From the sequence record NC_047838.1: a DNA stretch of 64,000 bases; one strand, 5' to 3'. The notes under the pieces were generated by a model that worked only from the letters and a program-made list of their open reading frames with translations, was not told the origin of the DNA and did not search any database. Below, in pieces: positions 27,401 through 36,241 of this stretch. The position numbers were made by a program, and so were the translations under genes. Every line of letters begins with the position of its first letter. The first letter of the stretch is position 1.

Positions 27401-30388
27401 AGTCCATTTACCGATCAAAACTTCTCACAACCAGTTACTGCTCTCTTCCCACAAACTAATAGAGATACCCCAGTATCTGACCCACCAGAGACAACCTCTT
27501 TTGCAATTCCTAGTCTGATTGGTGAGGTTGTAATTGATGAACCACAAAATAGTGCAACTAAAGAAAATGTCACCAAGTACATCCGTGATGTAGGTATCGG
27601 TATTGGTATTACTGAACTGACATCTACTATTGCTGGAACTTCACATACTATTACCACAAATATTGATCACGGTCTCAACAGAATTACAACTGTTGGAATC
27701 TCAAGTGGTGGTGCAGGATATGGTTCAGGTGCAGCTGGAAGTCTGTATAATGCTAGATTAGTTTCTATCGGATCATCCATTACTGGTAAGCACGCCACAG
27801 GTAAGATCACCTTTAATGCTAATGGTGAGATTACTGCTGTTAAGATTATGAACGGTGGTAGCGCATATGGCATCGGTAACACACTTGCAGTTGTTGGTGT
27901 TGCAACCACAACTGGATATGTACAGGCAGTTGTTAATGTAAGTAAGATTTATGATAACGTCGGTGATACCATCAGAATTGCTGGTGTCGCATCTGCATCT
28001 TATAATGCATATAATGATGTATTCCGTATCACAGGTGTTGATGTTGGTGCAGCAACCAGTATCACAGTAGAATCACCCTCTGCAATTACTGGTTTCACTA
28101 CAACAGGTATTGGTGCTACAAATGCTGGCAAGGCATACCTCTACTTGACTGGTGGTGCAGTTGGCGTTACCACTATTAACTATGATAATAATAGTGGAAT
28201 TGCTACTGTTAAGACTGGTGTAAATCATGGATTTAGCGTTGACCAGAAGGTAAGACTCTCTGGTGCGACAAATAGCACTTATGTTGGTGACTTTGTTGTT
28301 ACTGAGAATGTTGGTCTTACCACTTTTGCTGTAAGAATTGGTGTAGGAACTGTAGCACCTGGTGTGAATGGAACCCTGTTTGCATTCCATGAAGGTATTA
28401 CATCAAATGATGGTAATGTCACTCAAGATGATGAGAATCTGGCAGGCAGAATGATTGCTCCATATGCTGGAATCACCACTACACTTTCTGCTGCCGTTTC
28501 TGACGCAACAGCAGAAACCATTTCAATTACCAATCTACCTGATCTAGATATCAATATTGGTGATTACTTAACTGTTGATAGTGAACTTGTTCGAGTCAAG
28601 ACTACAGTTGCACCAACTGACAACTCTCTGACTGTGTTTAGAGGTGTTCTTGGAACTAAGAGATCAACTCATGACTCTGGTTCTGTTGTCAGAAGAGTTG
28701 AGGTATCACCTACAGAACTTCGTAGACACTCAATCATTCGTGCCTCTGGGCATACCTTTGAGTATGTTGGTTTTGGACCTGGTAATTACTCTACTGCATT
28801 CCCCGATAAGCACGATAGAGCAATTAGTGCTGCTGAAGAATTGTTATCACAGTCTACAAAGAGAGACGGTGGTATCAACTTCTACACCGGAATGAATGAC
28901 AGAGGTATTTCTTTCGCAGGTAATAAGAAGTTAAGTACGATTACTGGTAAGGAAGAAATCTTTGACACTCCAGTTCAAACTGTGACTGGTGAGGACATTA
29001 GCGATGCACCAGCACTTAATATTACTGCTGCAACTGAGGGTCTGTTCAATCGTGCGATCAGAGTTGAAGGTGGCGATGATGGTAATTCATCCTCTGAATT
29101 CAACGGTCCTTTGATTGTCAATAATAAGTTGACTGTCAACGCTGATATGGAGACTAACAACCTGTTCATTCAGGGTGATGCAACTGTATCCAGAAAGCAC
29201 ACGGTTGGTATTGCTACTCCTGCACTTGCTGGTAACCCTGGTGATGTCATTTACCAAGCAAATCCAGGTGAAGGTTCATATGTTGGATGGGTTTATTCAC
29301 TTCAGAATGATTGGAAGAGATTTGGTGCGGTAAGTCTGAATAAGAATGCCAATATCATGACATTTGATGGTGTTGGTGTAGGAACCACAACTCCAGGTGC
29401 AAGCACATTCAGAGTTGGTTCGGGCACCACTCAGATGTCTGTTGATTCTGTTGGTGTTGGTATCGGAACCACGGCAAATCACTTCAAACTGCATGTAATT
29501 GGTGATACAAACATCGTCGGTACAGTTACCGCTACCACATTTGTTGGTGATGGTTCTGGTCTGACTGGTCTTAATACCTCTCTGTTTGGATGGACAAACC
29601 TTGCTGGTGGTGGATTATATGATACAGATCAGTTTAAAGTTGGTATCGGAACTGAGTCACCAAGGTTCAATCTTGAAGTTGGTGCAGTTGGCATGGGCAC
29701 CACGTCCATGCTGGTCAACGGTGAAGCAAGTTTCGTAGGATTCGCAACCTTTAACGATGTGTTCATTAGCGGTGGAACAACTGCTCTTGGACAATATCAT
29801 CTGGAGAATCTCTCCTCTGGTGTTATCCGTGCATCCTCTATCGGTATTGGTTCTACGTTTGTTCTTCAATCCTTCCAGGTTGGTTCTTCTAACACTCTTG
29901 GAATCTCAGAAGACAAACAGATCTTCACGGTATCTGGTATCGGTTCGGTCGGTGTTGGTACAACCAGCGCAAGATCTAACCTGGATGTTATCGGACACAC
30001 AAGACTTGAAACTGTCTCGCGTAATGTTGATTATGTTGAACCAAGTTCTAATGTTGTCACAGTTGACCTGTCATCTGCACAGAGTTTCATCTGCACCGCG
30101 AGAGCAGATATCAATCACTTCGTCTTAAATAATGCACCTCCAGGATCTTCTGAATTTACATTAAAGATTGATCAGGATTCTGATGGTAATCACTATGCAG
30201 TAGTTGATCACTTCCAGACAGGTGCAGGAACATCAATTCCAGTCTATTGGCCAGGTGGTGGAGTTCTGCCTGGTGTTACAACCACGGCAAGCAGATCTGA
30301 CATCTTTGCATACAGAACATTCGATGGTGAGAATATTACAACTGCTGGTCTATATGCAGTCGTGGTCGGTCAAAACTTCGCAAACTGA
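24458..30388 (+). CDS. Very large tail-fibre/baseplate-anchored structural protein (1976 aa) with C-terminal adaptor domain
   Basis: ILYVDP..RPFKTIQRA N-terminal motif of beta-helix fibre proteins; GIGT repeats; C-terminal ETV..VTVDLS..F domain shared with 50116 and 53758 genes; late promoter 24422. Confidence 0.7.
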   Translation: MGLSRLDNFLKSTRGTILYVDPNSLDATDSIENQGNSLTRPFKTIQRALIEAARFSYQRGLDNDRFGKTTVLLYPGDHVVDNRPGYIPDGSNNYKLRNGSTTDNLSQFDLSSNFDLASSDNQLHKLNSVRGGVIVPRGTSIVGLDLRKTKIRPKYIPDPENDNIEACPVFRVTGACYFWQFSFFDGDPNGKVFKDYTSNEFVPNFSHHKLRCFEYADGLNNVEINDEFISNFNAGRSDLQMYYEKVGIAYGQSSGRAIEPDYPSTSLDIQPKIDEYRIVGSTGESVGISSIRAGDGATPTTTITVTTSSAVTGLDVDTPFRIENVNSDYNGDFVVTEKVSSTQIKYTVQNAPSDALPTVSGSSLALVSDTVTSASPYIFNISLRSVYGMCGMLADGATATGFKSMVVAQFTGIGLQKDEKAFVKYNEDTIPTGAYDDYTAVDNLPSNSKARYKPNYKNFHIKVTNNSFIQAVSIFAIGYAEHFVTDTGGDISLTNSNSNFGAVSLASEGFRKDAFSQDDIGYISHIIPPKEVPLTETSIEFESLDITKTDRVAGVGSTGNLYLYAQTNVDAPPQNVIDGYRFGARTNDNLRVLVSAAGSVTEYTARIVMDGSQLTAEKKYTVKQGPTGINSIGSYSQGGSDRQITLNSTHNLLNGESVRVISENAHLPDGLDSNTVYFAITDANTSGGITTNVNIKLAKTLNDAINGSPAIAVNEKGGVLSIVSRVSDKNSGEIGHPVQYDVTENQWYVNVATAATENNIFSTIVGLGTTGLGVASPRTFIKRKSDNRNANDTLYRMRYVIPASTGGTVARPPTEGFIIQESNSSIGISTTEIQTYFGSGSITNINQQRNFRFIRDVRWDGSQVHVTTELPHKLQQDDQVQLLNITGSLNTAGTAGTAFNREYAVTGITSATTFRVGLTTNPGTFTNDTSTRNTSLPYFKRKRIKDTMYVYRNFEAQQYKAGEQDGIYYITLLNSSNRPSVSPFTDQNFSQPVTALFPQTNRDTPVSDPPETTSFAIPSLIGEVVIDEPQNSATKENVTKYIRDVGIGIGITELTSTIAGTSHTITTNIDHGLNRITTVGISSGGAGYGSGAAGSLYNARLVSIGSSITGKHATGKITFNANGEITAVKIMNGGSAYGIGNTLAVVGVATTTGYVQAVVNVSKIYDNVGDTIRIAGVASASYNAYNDVFRITGVDVGAATSITVESPSAITGFTTTGIGATNAGKAYLYLTGGAVGVTTINYDNNSGIATVKTGVNHGFSVDQKVRLSGATNSTYVGDFVVTENVGLTTFAVRIGVGTVAPGVNGTLFAFHEGITSNDGNVTQDDENLAGRMIAPYAGITTTLSAAVSDATAETISITNLPDLDINIGDYLTVDSELVRVKTTVAPTDNSLTVFRGVLGTKRSTHDSGSVVRRVEVSPTELRRHSIIRASGHTFEYVGFGPGNYSTAFPDKHDRAISAAEELLSQSTKRDGGINFYTGMNDRGISFAGNKKLSTITGKEEIFDTPVQTVTGEDISDAPALNITAATEGLFNRAIRVEGGDDGNSSSEFNGPLIVNNKLTVNADMETNNLFIQGDATVSRKHTVGIATPALAGNPGDVIYQANPGEGSYVGWVYSLQNDWKRFGAVSLNKNANIMTFDGVGVGTTTPGASTFRVGSGTTQMSVDSVGVGIGTTANHFKLHVIGDTNIVGTVTATTFVGDGSGLTGLNTSLFGWTNLAGGGLYDTDQFKVGIGTESPRFNLEVGAVGMGTTSMLVNGEASFVGFATFNDVFISGGTTALGQYHLENLSSGVIRASSIGIGSTFVLQSFQVGSSNTLGISEDKQIFTVSGIGSVGVGTTSARSNLDVIGHTRLETVSRNVDYVEPSSNVVTVDLSSAQSFICTARADINHFVLNNAPPGSSEFTLKIDQDSDGNHYAVVDHFQTGAGTSIPVYWPGGGVLPGVTTTASRSDIFAYRTFDGENITTAGLYAVVVGQNFAN

Positions 30389-30398
30389 GGTAGAGTGA

Positions 30399-32864
30399 AT
30401 GTTTAATAAGCAGACAACCCTGGATCTGGACGGACCAAAACTTGGTTTCAGTACAGATCCTCAAAATCTTACTGTAAATGCCGGGACAGCAGCAACCTTT
30501 GTTGCTATTGGAACGGCAACTTTTCCTTCAAATATTCCTGCAAAATTTGCAACAAACACAGGTATCGTAACTTATCGTTGGTATGTTGATGATGTTGCTG
30601 TTACTGATGACCCTGACACCGATGGTTTTGATGGTGTCAATTTTCTGGGTACAGGCACAACTACACTTCAGATTTTTAACAACACAACAACAAAGACTGT
30701 ATATTGTGAAGCAGACTATATTCCTAGTGCATATGGATTGCCAGGTGTTGCTGTTACCGTAGGAAGTGCAAGATCAACAGGACATGCGATTAGTGAACCA
30801 GTAAGAAGTGCTTCTGCTACTTTGTCACTCAATCCTAAACTTTCAATTGATACTCAACCAGTAGATAGAATTGTAGCAGTTGGTGTTGCTGCAACTTTTG
30901 GTGTTGATGCTAGTCTCACCAGTGGTTCTGCTGAGGGATTTAGTTATCAGTGGCAAATCAACGACTCTGATGTGTCCGATGGAGAACTAGAGGTTGGTGT
31001 CACAAGAACTGCAACTGCAAAATTAACTTATACGAAAGACGGTTCATCAAATGAGGTTGATTTTACAGAACTTTCAACACTAACACTCGGTGTTGGAACT
31101 TATGATATTACAGTAGATAATAATATTACCGCTGATTTAAGAGCACTTGGTGCTGGTGGCGGTGATTCAAATCAAAGATCTGTTGCTGGTGGTGCTGGTG
31201 GTCTTTCAACAGGAGAATTTACATTTTTAAGCGGCACAACTTATAAATTAGTTGTTGGTGGTAAAGGTGACAGCGGCGGTGGCAGAAATAATGGAGGTAG
31301 CGGTGGCGGTGGAAATTCTAGAATCGGATCCGGTGGTGGCGGTGGCGGTGGTGGATACACCGGACTTTTTGTTGGGTCAATTTCTCAGGATAATGCAGTA
31401 ATCATCGCTGGCGGTGGCGGAGGTGGAGCAAACGACCCTGCTGATGGAGGTGCTGGTGGTGGACTTACGGGGGGAGGTGGTGGTAATGCTCCTGGTAGGG
31501 GTGGCGATGGTGGAACACAATCTGCAGGTGGTGGCGCTGGATCTGTTGAAACTGATGGAACTGCTGGATCTGCACTTCAAGGAGGACCTGGTGCCGGTGG
31601 CGGCGGAGGCGGATACTTCGGCGGTGGTGGCGGAGGTGGACATAGTGGTTGTTGTGCTGATGGTGCTGGTGGAGGTGGTTCTGCTTATATTGGTTCATCT
31701 CTTCTGACTGATGGAGCGACTACACAAGGTGGTGGCGCAGCAAATGCGACTGATGGATCTTTTGAAATTACTGCTACCGAAACCTCAGTAGAAGTTCCAA
31801 TCAATCTTACAATTTCTGGATCAACATCTAATGTTCTGACAGTTTCTGGTGACGCTGCAGTCTCTGCTACTACTAAAGTTGTTGTAAGTAATTCAAATGC
31901 CTTCAATTCACCACTTACATCAGAGACAAGAACATTCACATCAACTGCTGCAAGACCATTATTAAAAATAGAACAAATTAACAATACAAATACTGCCACA
32001 CTATCAGAACACAATCTTGATGATGGCGAAATAACTTTTACGGACAATCCAGAGGACTCTTTTAATCAAATTTGTATTTACTCTCCAGAGAGAGATATTG
32101 AGATTGAAATGGATTTATTTGGTGGACATGGAGTTGATTCTGGATCCGGTGGTATTGGAGGACGAGGTGGATATTCTAAGATTAAATTTACTCTTGAACA
32201 AAATGTTGAATATATTATCACAGGATTATACAAAGAAATAAATGCTCCATTTGTATACAGAAAAGCAACTTTAATAGCTGTTGTGGGTGCAGGTGGAGAT
32301 ACTGGAAATGGAACTGCCGGTGGATTTGGTGGAAACGGTGGAGGTGTGAATATAGCAGGTCAAGATGCCAGACCTGGGGATACTGGTGGAGCTGGTGGAG
32401 ATTCAATTGAGGCAGGAACTCTACCATCAAGTGGATATTTTGGAACTTTAACGACATTAACTCCAGTGCTTACAGATACGACATCAGAAGAATTTCTAGG
32501 TGGGGGTAGAACTATTCCTTGTACAAGAGGTGTTTATTGGAGAAATCAAGGATTAAGTGCATGTGAAGATATTCCTTCTGAAAATAAATTTAGATTATCA
32601 GATGGAACTGAGGTTCAAAATACATCCTCTTCAATTACGAGAGGATTCAAAGCAGGATATAATATAATTGAAACAAGAGGAGCAAGTAGTCAAGGTAGTG
32701 GTGCCGGTGGTGCTGGTGCTATGGGCGGAAAAGGAGGACAAAATGGAAATAATACAGCAGGAGGTGGAGGATCAGGTTATACTGATGGATCTGTGACCGT
32801 TGTTGAAACCACACAGGGAGGGGGAGAAACACTTGCAACAGTTGTTATTAGACTTGCAAGTTGA
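30399..32864 (+). CDS. Ig-like plus glycine-rich (polyglycine-II) adhesin-like protein, tip 1
   Basis: Two Ig-like starts (TDPQNLTVNAG.AATF, QPVDRIVAVG.AATF..YQWQ) and GAGGG..GG....EF.F..G.TY.LVVGG.G glycine-rich segments. Confidence 0.65.
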   Translation: MFNKQTTLDLDGPKLGFSTDPQNLTVNAGTAATFVAIGTATFPSNIPAKFATNTGIVTYRWYVDDVAVTDDPDTDGFDGVNFLGTGTTTLQIFNNTTTKTVYCEADYIPSAYGLPGVAVTVGSARSTGHAISEPVRSASATLSLNPKLSIDTQPVDRIVAVGVAATFGVDASLTSGSAEGFSYQWQINDSDVSDGELEVGVTRTATAKLTYTKDGSSNEVDFTELSTLTLGVGTYDITVDNNITADLRALGAGGGDSNQRSVAGGAGGLSTGEFTFLSGTTYKLVVGGKGDSGGGRNNGGSGGGGNSRIGSGGGGGGGGYTGLFVGSISQDNAVIIAGGGGGGANDPADGGAGGGLTGGGGGNAPGRGGDGGTQSAGGGAGSVETDGTAGSALQGGPGAGGGGGGYFGGGGGGGHSGCCADGAGGGGSAYIGSSLLTDGATTQGGGAANATDGSFEITATETSVEVPINLTISGSTSNVLTVSGDAAVSATTKVVVSNSNAFNSPLTSETRTFTSTAARPLLKIEQINNTNTATLSEHNLDDGEITFTDNPEDSFNQICIYSPERDIEIEMDLFGGHGVDSGSGGIGGRGGYSKIKFTLEQNVEYIITGLYKEINAPFVYRKATLIAVVGAGGDTGNGTAGGFGGNGGGVNIAGQDARPGDTGGAGGDSIEAGTLPSSGYFGTLTTLTPVLTDTTSEEFLGGGRTIPCTRGVYWRNQGLSACEDIPSENKFRLSDGTEVQNTSSSITRGFKAGYNIIETRGASSQGSGAGGAGAMGGKGGQNGNNTAGGGGSGYTDGSVTVVETTQGGGETLATVVIRLAS

Positions 32865-32906
32865 CTAAATAATAAAAAGTAGTTTAACGGGGGAGAGTGA
32901 ACCCGA

Positions 32907-34352
32907 ATGGCAGTAAATAAGAATTTTGTTGTCAAAAATGGTTTAGAAGTCAACACTAAACTTATTCGTGCGGATGCAACGAATAATAAGGTTGGCATCG
33001 GCACCTCCGTTCCTAACTATGAACTCCATGTAAATGGAGGAATTGGTGCTACAGATTTATATGTAACTGGTATCACCACAGTTCTTAATGAACTGAATGT
33101 TGGTCTCGGTGGAACAATTTTGACCGTTGTCGGAACCACCGATGGTTCTGATCAATTTGTTGGTATTAATACCGCTAGTCCACAGTTTAGATTAGATGTT
33201 CGTGCTCCAGTCTCAACTGGTCAAACGGCACTATATGTCTACGGTGACATGCGTGTCACAGGTGATATTGATCTAGATGATATCAATCTTGATGATGCAA
33301 GCATCCAAAATCTGACTGTAACTGAAGCATTAAATGTTTCAAACAGCGGTCTCTCTACTTTTAGTGGTAGAGCAGACTTTAATGATAGTGTTGATATTGA
33401 AGACAACCTGATTGTTGCAGGTATTGCAACTGTCACAGGAAATCTTACAGCATCATCTGATGTATCGATAGCATCTAATTTATCAGTAACTGGTTTATCA
33501 ACATTTACTGGTATTTCGACCTTTAGTGGTCGAGTCGGTATTATTTCTGACTTTGTTGTTGATGGTAATGCCACGGTTTCTGGTATCACCACCATCACAG
33601 GTGATTTAAGAACCTCAGCAAACGCATCATTTGCTGGTATCACAACCCTTGCTTCATCTGGTGGTATTACTACCACAGGTGGAGATCTTTATATTGGTGG
33701 AGATTTATTTGTTCGTGATGACATTACATACGATGAGGTAAATGGTAGAAACCTGAACATCACAGGTATTGCTACCATCGGATCTATTGATGTCGGTAGT
33801 TCAGGTACTATTGAAGTAACTGACAAAGAGATCTACACCCAGTTTGATATTACCAATAATGGATCGGGTGCATATGAGTTTGCTGCAACTGGTATTGGAT
33901 TTACTGTTGCAACAAGCAATCCTACATTATATCTGCTTAGAGGTAAGAAGTATAACTTCTCAGTTAATGCCTCTGGACACCCATTCTATATTAATACCTT
34001 AAACGGAACTGGAACTGGTCAACAATTCACTAGAGGTGTCACCAATAATGGTGCTGCTGTTGGTGTTGTTACCTTCGCAGTTCCATTTGATGCACCAGAA
34101 ATTCTGCACTATAACTGCGGAAATCATTCTGGAATGAATGGACCGATTTATATCGGTAATGATGGTGGTCTTGGTATTAGTTCCGAGGGGACAAACCTTG
34201 GAGTTGGTATTACTCAAATCAACTTTGCCTCTTCTAATGGAACTGCTATTGCAGTTGACATGGGAACTGGCAGCGGTTCAAACTCTGGTATTGCAACCGT
34301 GACGTTCACACCAGGTGTTTCGCTTGGTCTCGTTATCGCTCTTGGCGCATAA
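32907..34352 (+). CDS. Fibre stalk structural protein (481 aa)
   Basis: MAVNKNFVVKNGLEV; VTG/SG beta-repeats; cupredoxin-like LYYNC..HSGMNG segment; late promoter 32865. Confidence 0.65.
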   Translation: MAVNKNFVVKNGLEVNTKLIRADATNNKVGIGTSVPNYELHVNGGIGATDLYVTGITTVLNELNVGLGGTILTVVGTTDGSDQFVGINTASPQFRLDVRAPVSTGQTALYVYGDMRVTGDIDLDDINLDDASIQNLTVTEALNVSNSGLSTFSGRADFNDSVDIEDNLIVAGIATVTGNLTASSDVSIASNLSVTGLSTFTGISTFSGRVGIISDFVVDGNATVSGITTITGDLRTSANASFAGITTLASSGGITTTGGDLYIGGDLFVRDDITYDEVNGRNLNITGIATIGSIDVGSSGTIEVTDKEIYTQFDITNNGSGAYEFAATGIGFTVATSNPTLYLLRGKKYNFSVNASGHPFYINTLNGTGTGQQFTRGVTNNGAAVGVVTFAVPFDAPEILHYNCGNHSGMNGPIYIGNDGGLGISSEGTNLGVGITQINFASSNGTAIAVDMGTGSGSNSGIATVTFTPGVSLGLVIALGA

Positions 34353-34385
34353 TTCACAATAAATACACATAACACTTAAAGAAAG

Positions 34386-34925
34386 ATGGCAGAAGCTTTT
34401 TCTAATAAATTAACAAGAGCAGCGGGGATTGTTACCACGTCATCGAGTGGTGCTATTGGTATCACTAGTACAATCATCACCGGTATCTCAACGGTGGGTG
34501 TTGCTGTAAGTGACATGGTGGTAAATTCAAACTTTATTGCTGGAACTAAAGTAACTGAGATTGGTGCAAGTGCTGTTACCGTTGATAGAACATCAACAAA
34601 CACTTCATCAACCACAAGTCAGAACGTAAAGTTCCTTGGACCGACTACTGCATACACTTCAGCATCTGCAACGAAGAGTATTTTGATCGGTGGAACTTTT
34701 GCCAACAATACTGATAACTCAGTCAACTTAACGGTTGAGGTAAGAGACCAAAGCACGGCAGTTTCGGTATCAATCGCGAGTAAGATTCCAGTCCCTGCAG
34801 GAAGTTCCTTTGTTATCTCTGATGTTGGTAAGACACTACTTGAGGGAACTGATGAAATTGTAGTGTATTGTGATTCTGCGAATGCAATTGATGCTAATCT
34901 CAGCATCCTGACAGGAGTTAACTGA
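34386..34925 (+). CDS. Small beta-sandwich adaptor, class alpha
   Basis: C-terminal ~90 aa resembles the 42624 gene; late promoter 34359. Confidence 0.6.
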   Translation: MAEAFSNKLTRAAGIVTTSSSGAIGITSTIITGISTVGVAVSDMVVNSNFIAGTKVTEIGASAVTVDRTSTNTSSTTSQNVKFLGPTTAYTSASATKSILIGGTFANNTDNSVNLTVEVRDQSTAVSVSIASKIPVPAGSSFVISDVGKTLLEGTDEIVVYCDSANAIDANLSILTGVN

Positions 34926-35815
34926 TGGCAGATCGTAACGGTTATATCGGAAGAGCACCGGGAGACTCATCGGTCACCGTTGCAAGGCAGGTTTTTTCAC
35001 CGACTGGTGTTCAAACTAATTTTACTTTTGCATCAGGATATGTTCCTGGTTACCTTGACGTATATTTAAACGGTGCAAAGTTAATTGTCGCACAAGACTT
35101 TACTGCTACCGATGGATCTGTTGTTGGTCTTACAAGTTTTGCACAGAGTGGTGATGTTGTAGAGGCAGTTGCATTTAAGGCATTTAACGCTGCTGCTGTT
35201 ACTCAAGCAGCAGATTTTACTGTAACTGGCAATCAAACAAACAACGGAACACTTTCAGTAACTGGTGGCACTACACTCTCTAACCTTATTGTTACTGGAA
35301 TCACCACGTTATCAGCAGGATCTTCTGTATCATTTGCCACGACTGCATTTGATCTTGGTGCTGGTACTAACCTGAATATTGGTATTGTAACTGTAACCAC
35401 CTTAAGTGGTGGTGAGGTCAACGGATCTGATGCTAACTTTACTGGTATTCTGACTGCTGCATCTGCATCATTTAGTGGTAATGTATCAGTAGGTGGAACT
35501 CTGACCTATGAAGATGTTACTAATATTGATTCTGTTGGAGTCATTACAGCAAGGGAAGGAATCAAAGTTACAACTGGCGGTATTGATATTGCTGCTGGTG
35601 GTATTGAAGTTGGAGGTATCTCAACATTTCAGGGAGCAACAAACACCTTTGCTAATGGACTAACTGTTACGGCAGGTGGAATCAGCGTTGTATCTGGAGG
35701 ATCTTCAATTATTGGTGTTGTAACTGCTACATCTTTTGAGGGAGATGGATCAACACTCTCAAATTTACCTTCAAGTGGTGATGCTAATGATATCACCGCA
35801 TCTCTCTTCACTTAA
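34925..35815 (+). CDS. Fibre stalk protein (GYIGR leader, Ig-like domain, LTYEDVTNIDSVG motif)
   Basis: YLDVYLNG..DFTATDG domain shared with 38708; TYEDVTNIDSVG shared with 45174. Confidence 0.6.
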   Translation: MADRNGYIGRAPGDSSVTVARQVFSPTGVQTNFTFASGYVPGYLDVYLNGAKLIVAQDFTATDGSVVGLTSFAQSGDVVEAVAFKAFNAAAVTQAADFTVTGNQTNNGTLSVTGGTTLSNLIVTGITTLSAGSSVSFATTAFDLGAGTNLNIGIVTVTTLSGGEVNGSDANFTGILTAASASFSGNVSVGGTLTYEDVTNIDSVGVITAREGIKVTTGGIDIAAGGIEVGGISTFQGATNTFANGLTVTAGGISVVSGGSSIIGVVTATSFEGDGSTLSNLPSSGDANDITASLFT

Positions 35816-35837
35816 TAAATAAAGGAAAAACAGTAAA

Positions 35838-36239
35838 ATGGCGCTCAAAAAGACACAGTTATTAGATATACAATCGGTCACTGGTATTGCAACAGTTGGC
35901 ATTTTTACTGTTGGCGTGACTCAGACTGCTGGGGGAGTGGGTGTTGCATCCACCAGTTATATTAAAAACATCATCATGCACAACACCGGGTTGGGAACAG
36001 CGAGAGTTTCCATGTATATTAACCCGAATCTGACACCTGGACCTGCATTAGCAGTAACCGCAAATAGGTTCATGAGAATTGATTTAGCGCCAAACGAAAC
36101 AACATTCTTTGAATCAACATATCCGATTGTAATGACCAATAACGATACTCTTTCTGTGGAAGTAAATGAACCAGATGCAGGTGGAACAGGTATTGGTTCT
36201 GCCGTGAACTTCATCGTCAACGGCGACACGGATGTCTGA
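35838..36239 (+). CDS. Small beta-sandwich adaptor, class beta (MALKKT)
   Basis: Close paralogue of 39825 and 45685; late promoter 35815. Confidence 0.65.
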   Translation: MALKKTQLLDIQSVTGIATVGIFTVGVTQTAGGVGVASTSYIKNIIMHNTGLGTARVSMYINPNLTPGPALAVTANRFMRIDLAPNETTFFESTYPIVMTNNDTLSVEVNEPDAGGTGIGSAVNFIVNGDTDV

Positions 36240-36241
36240 TT

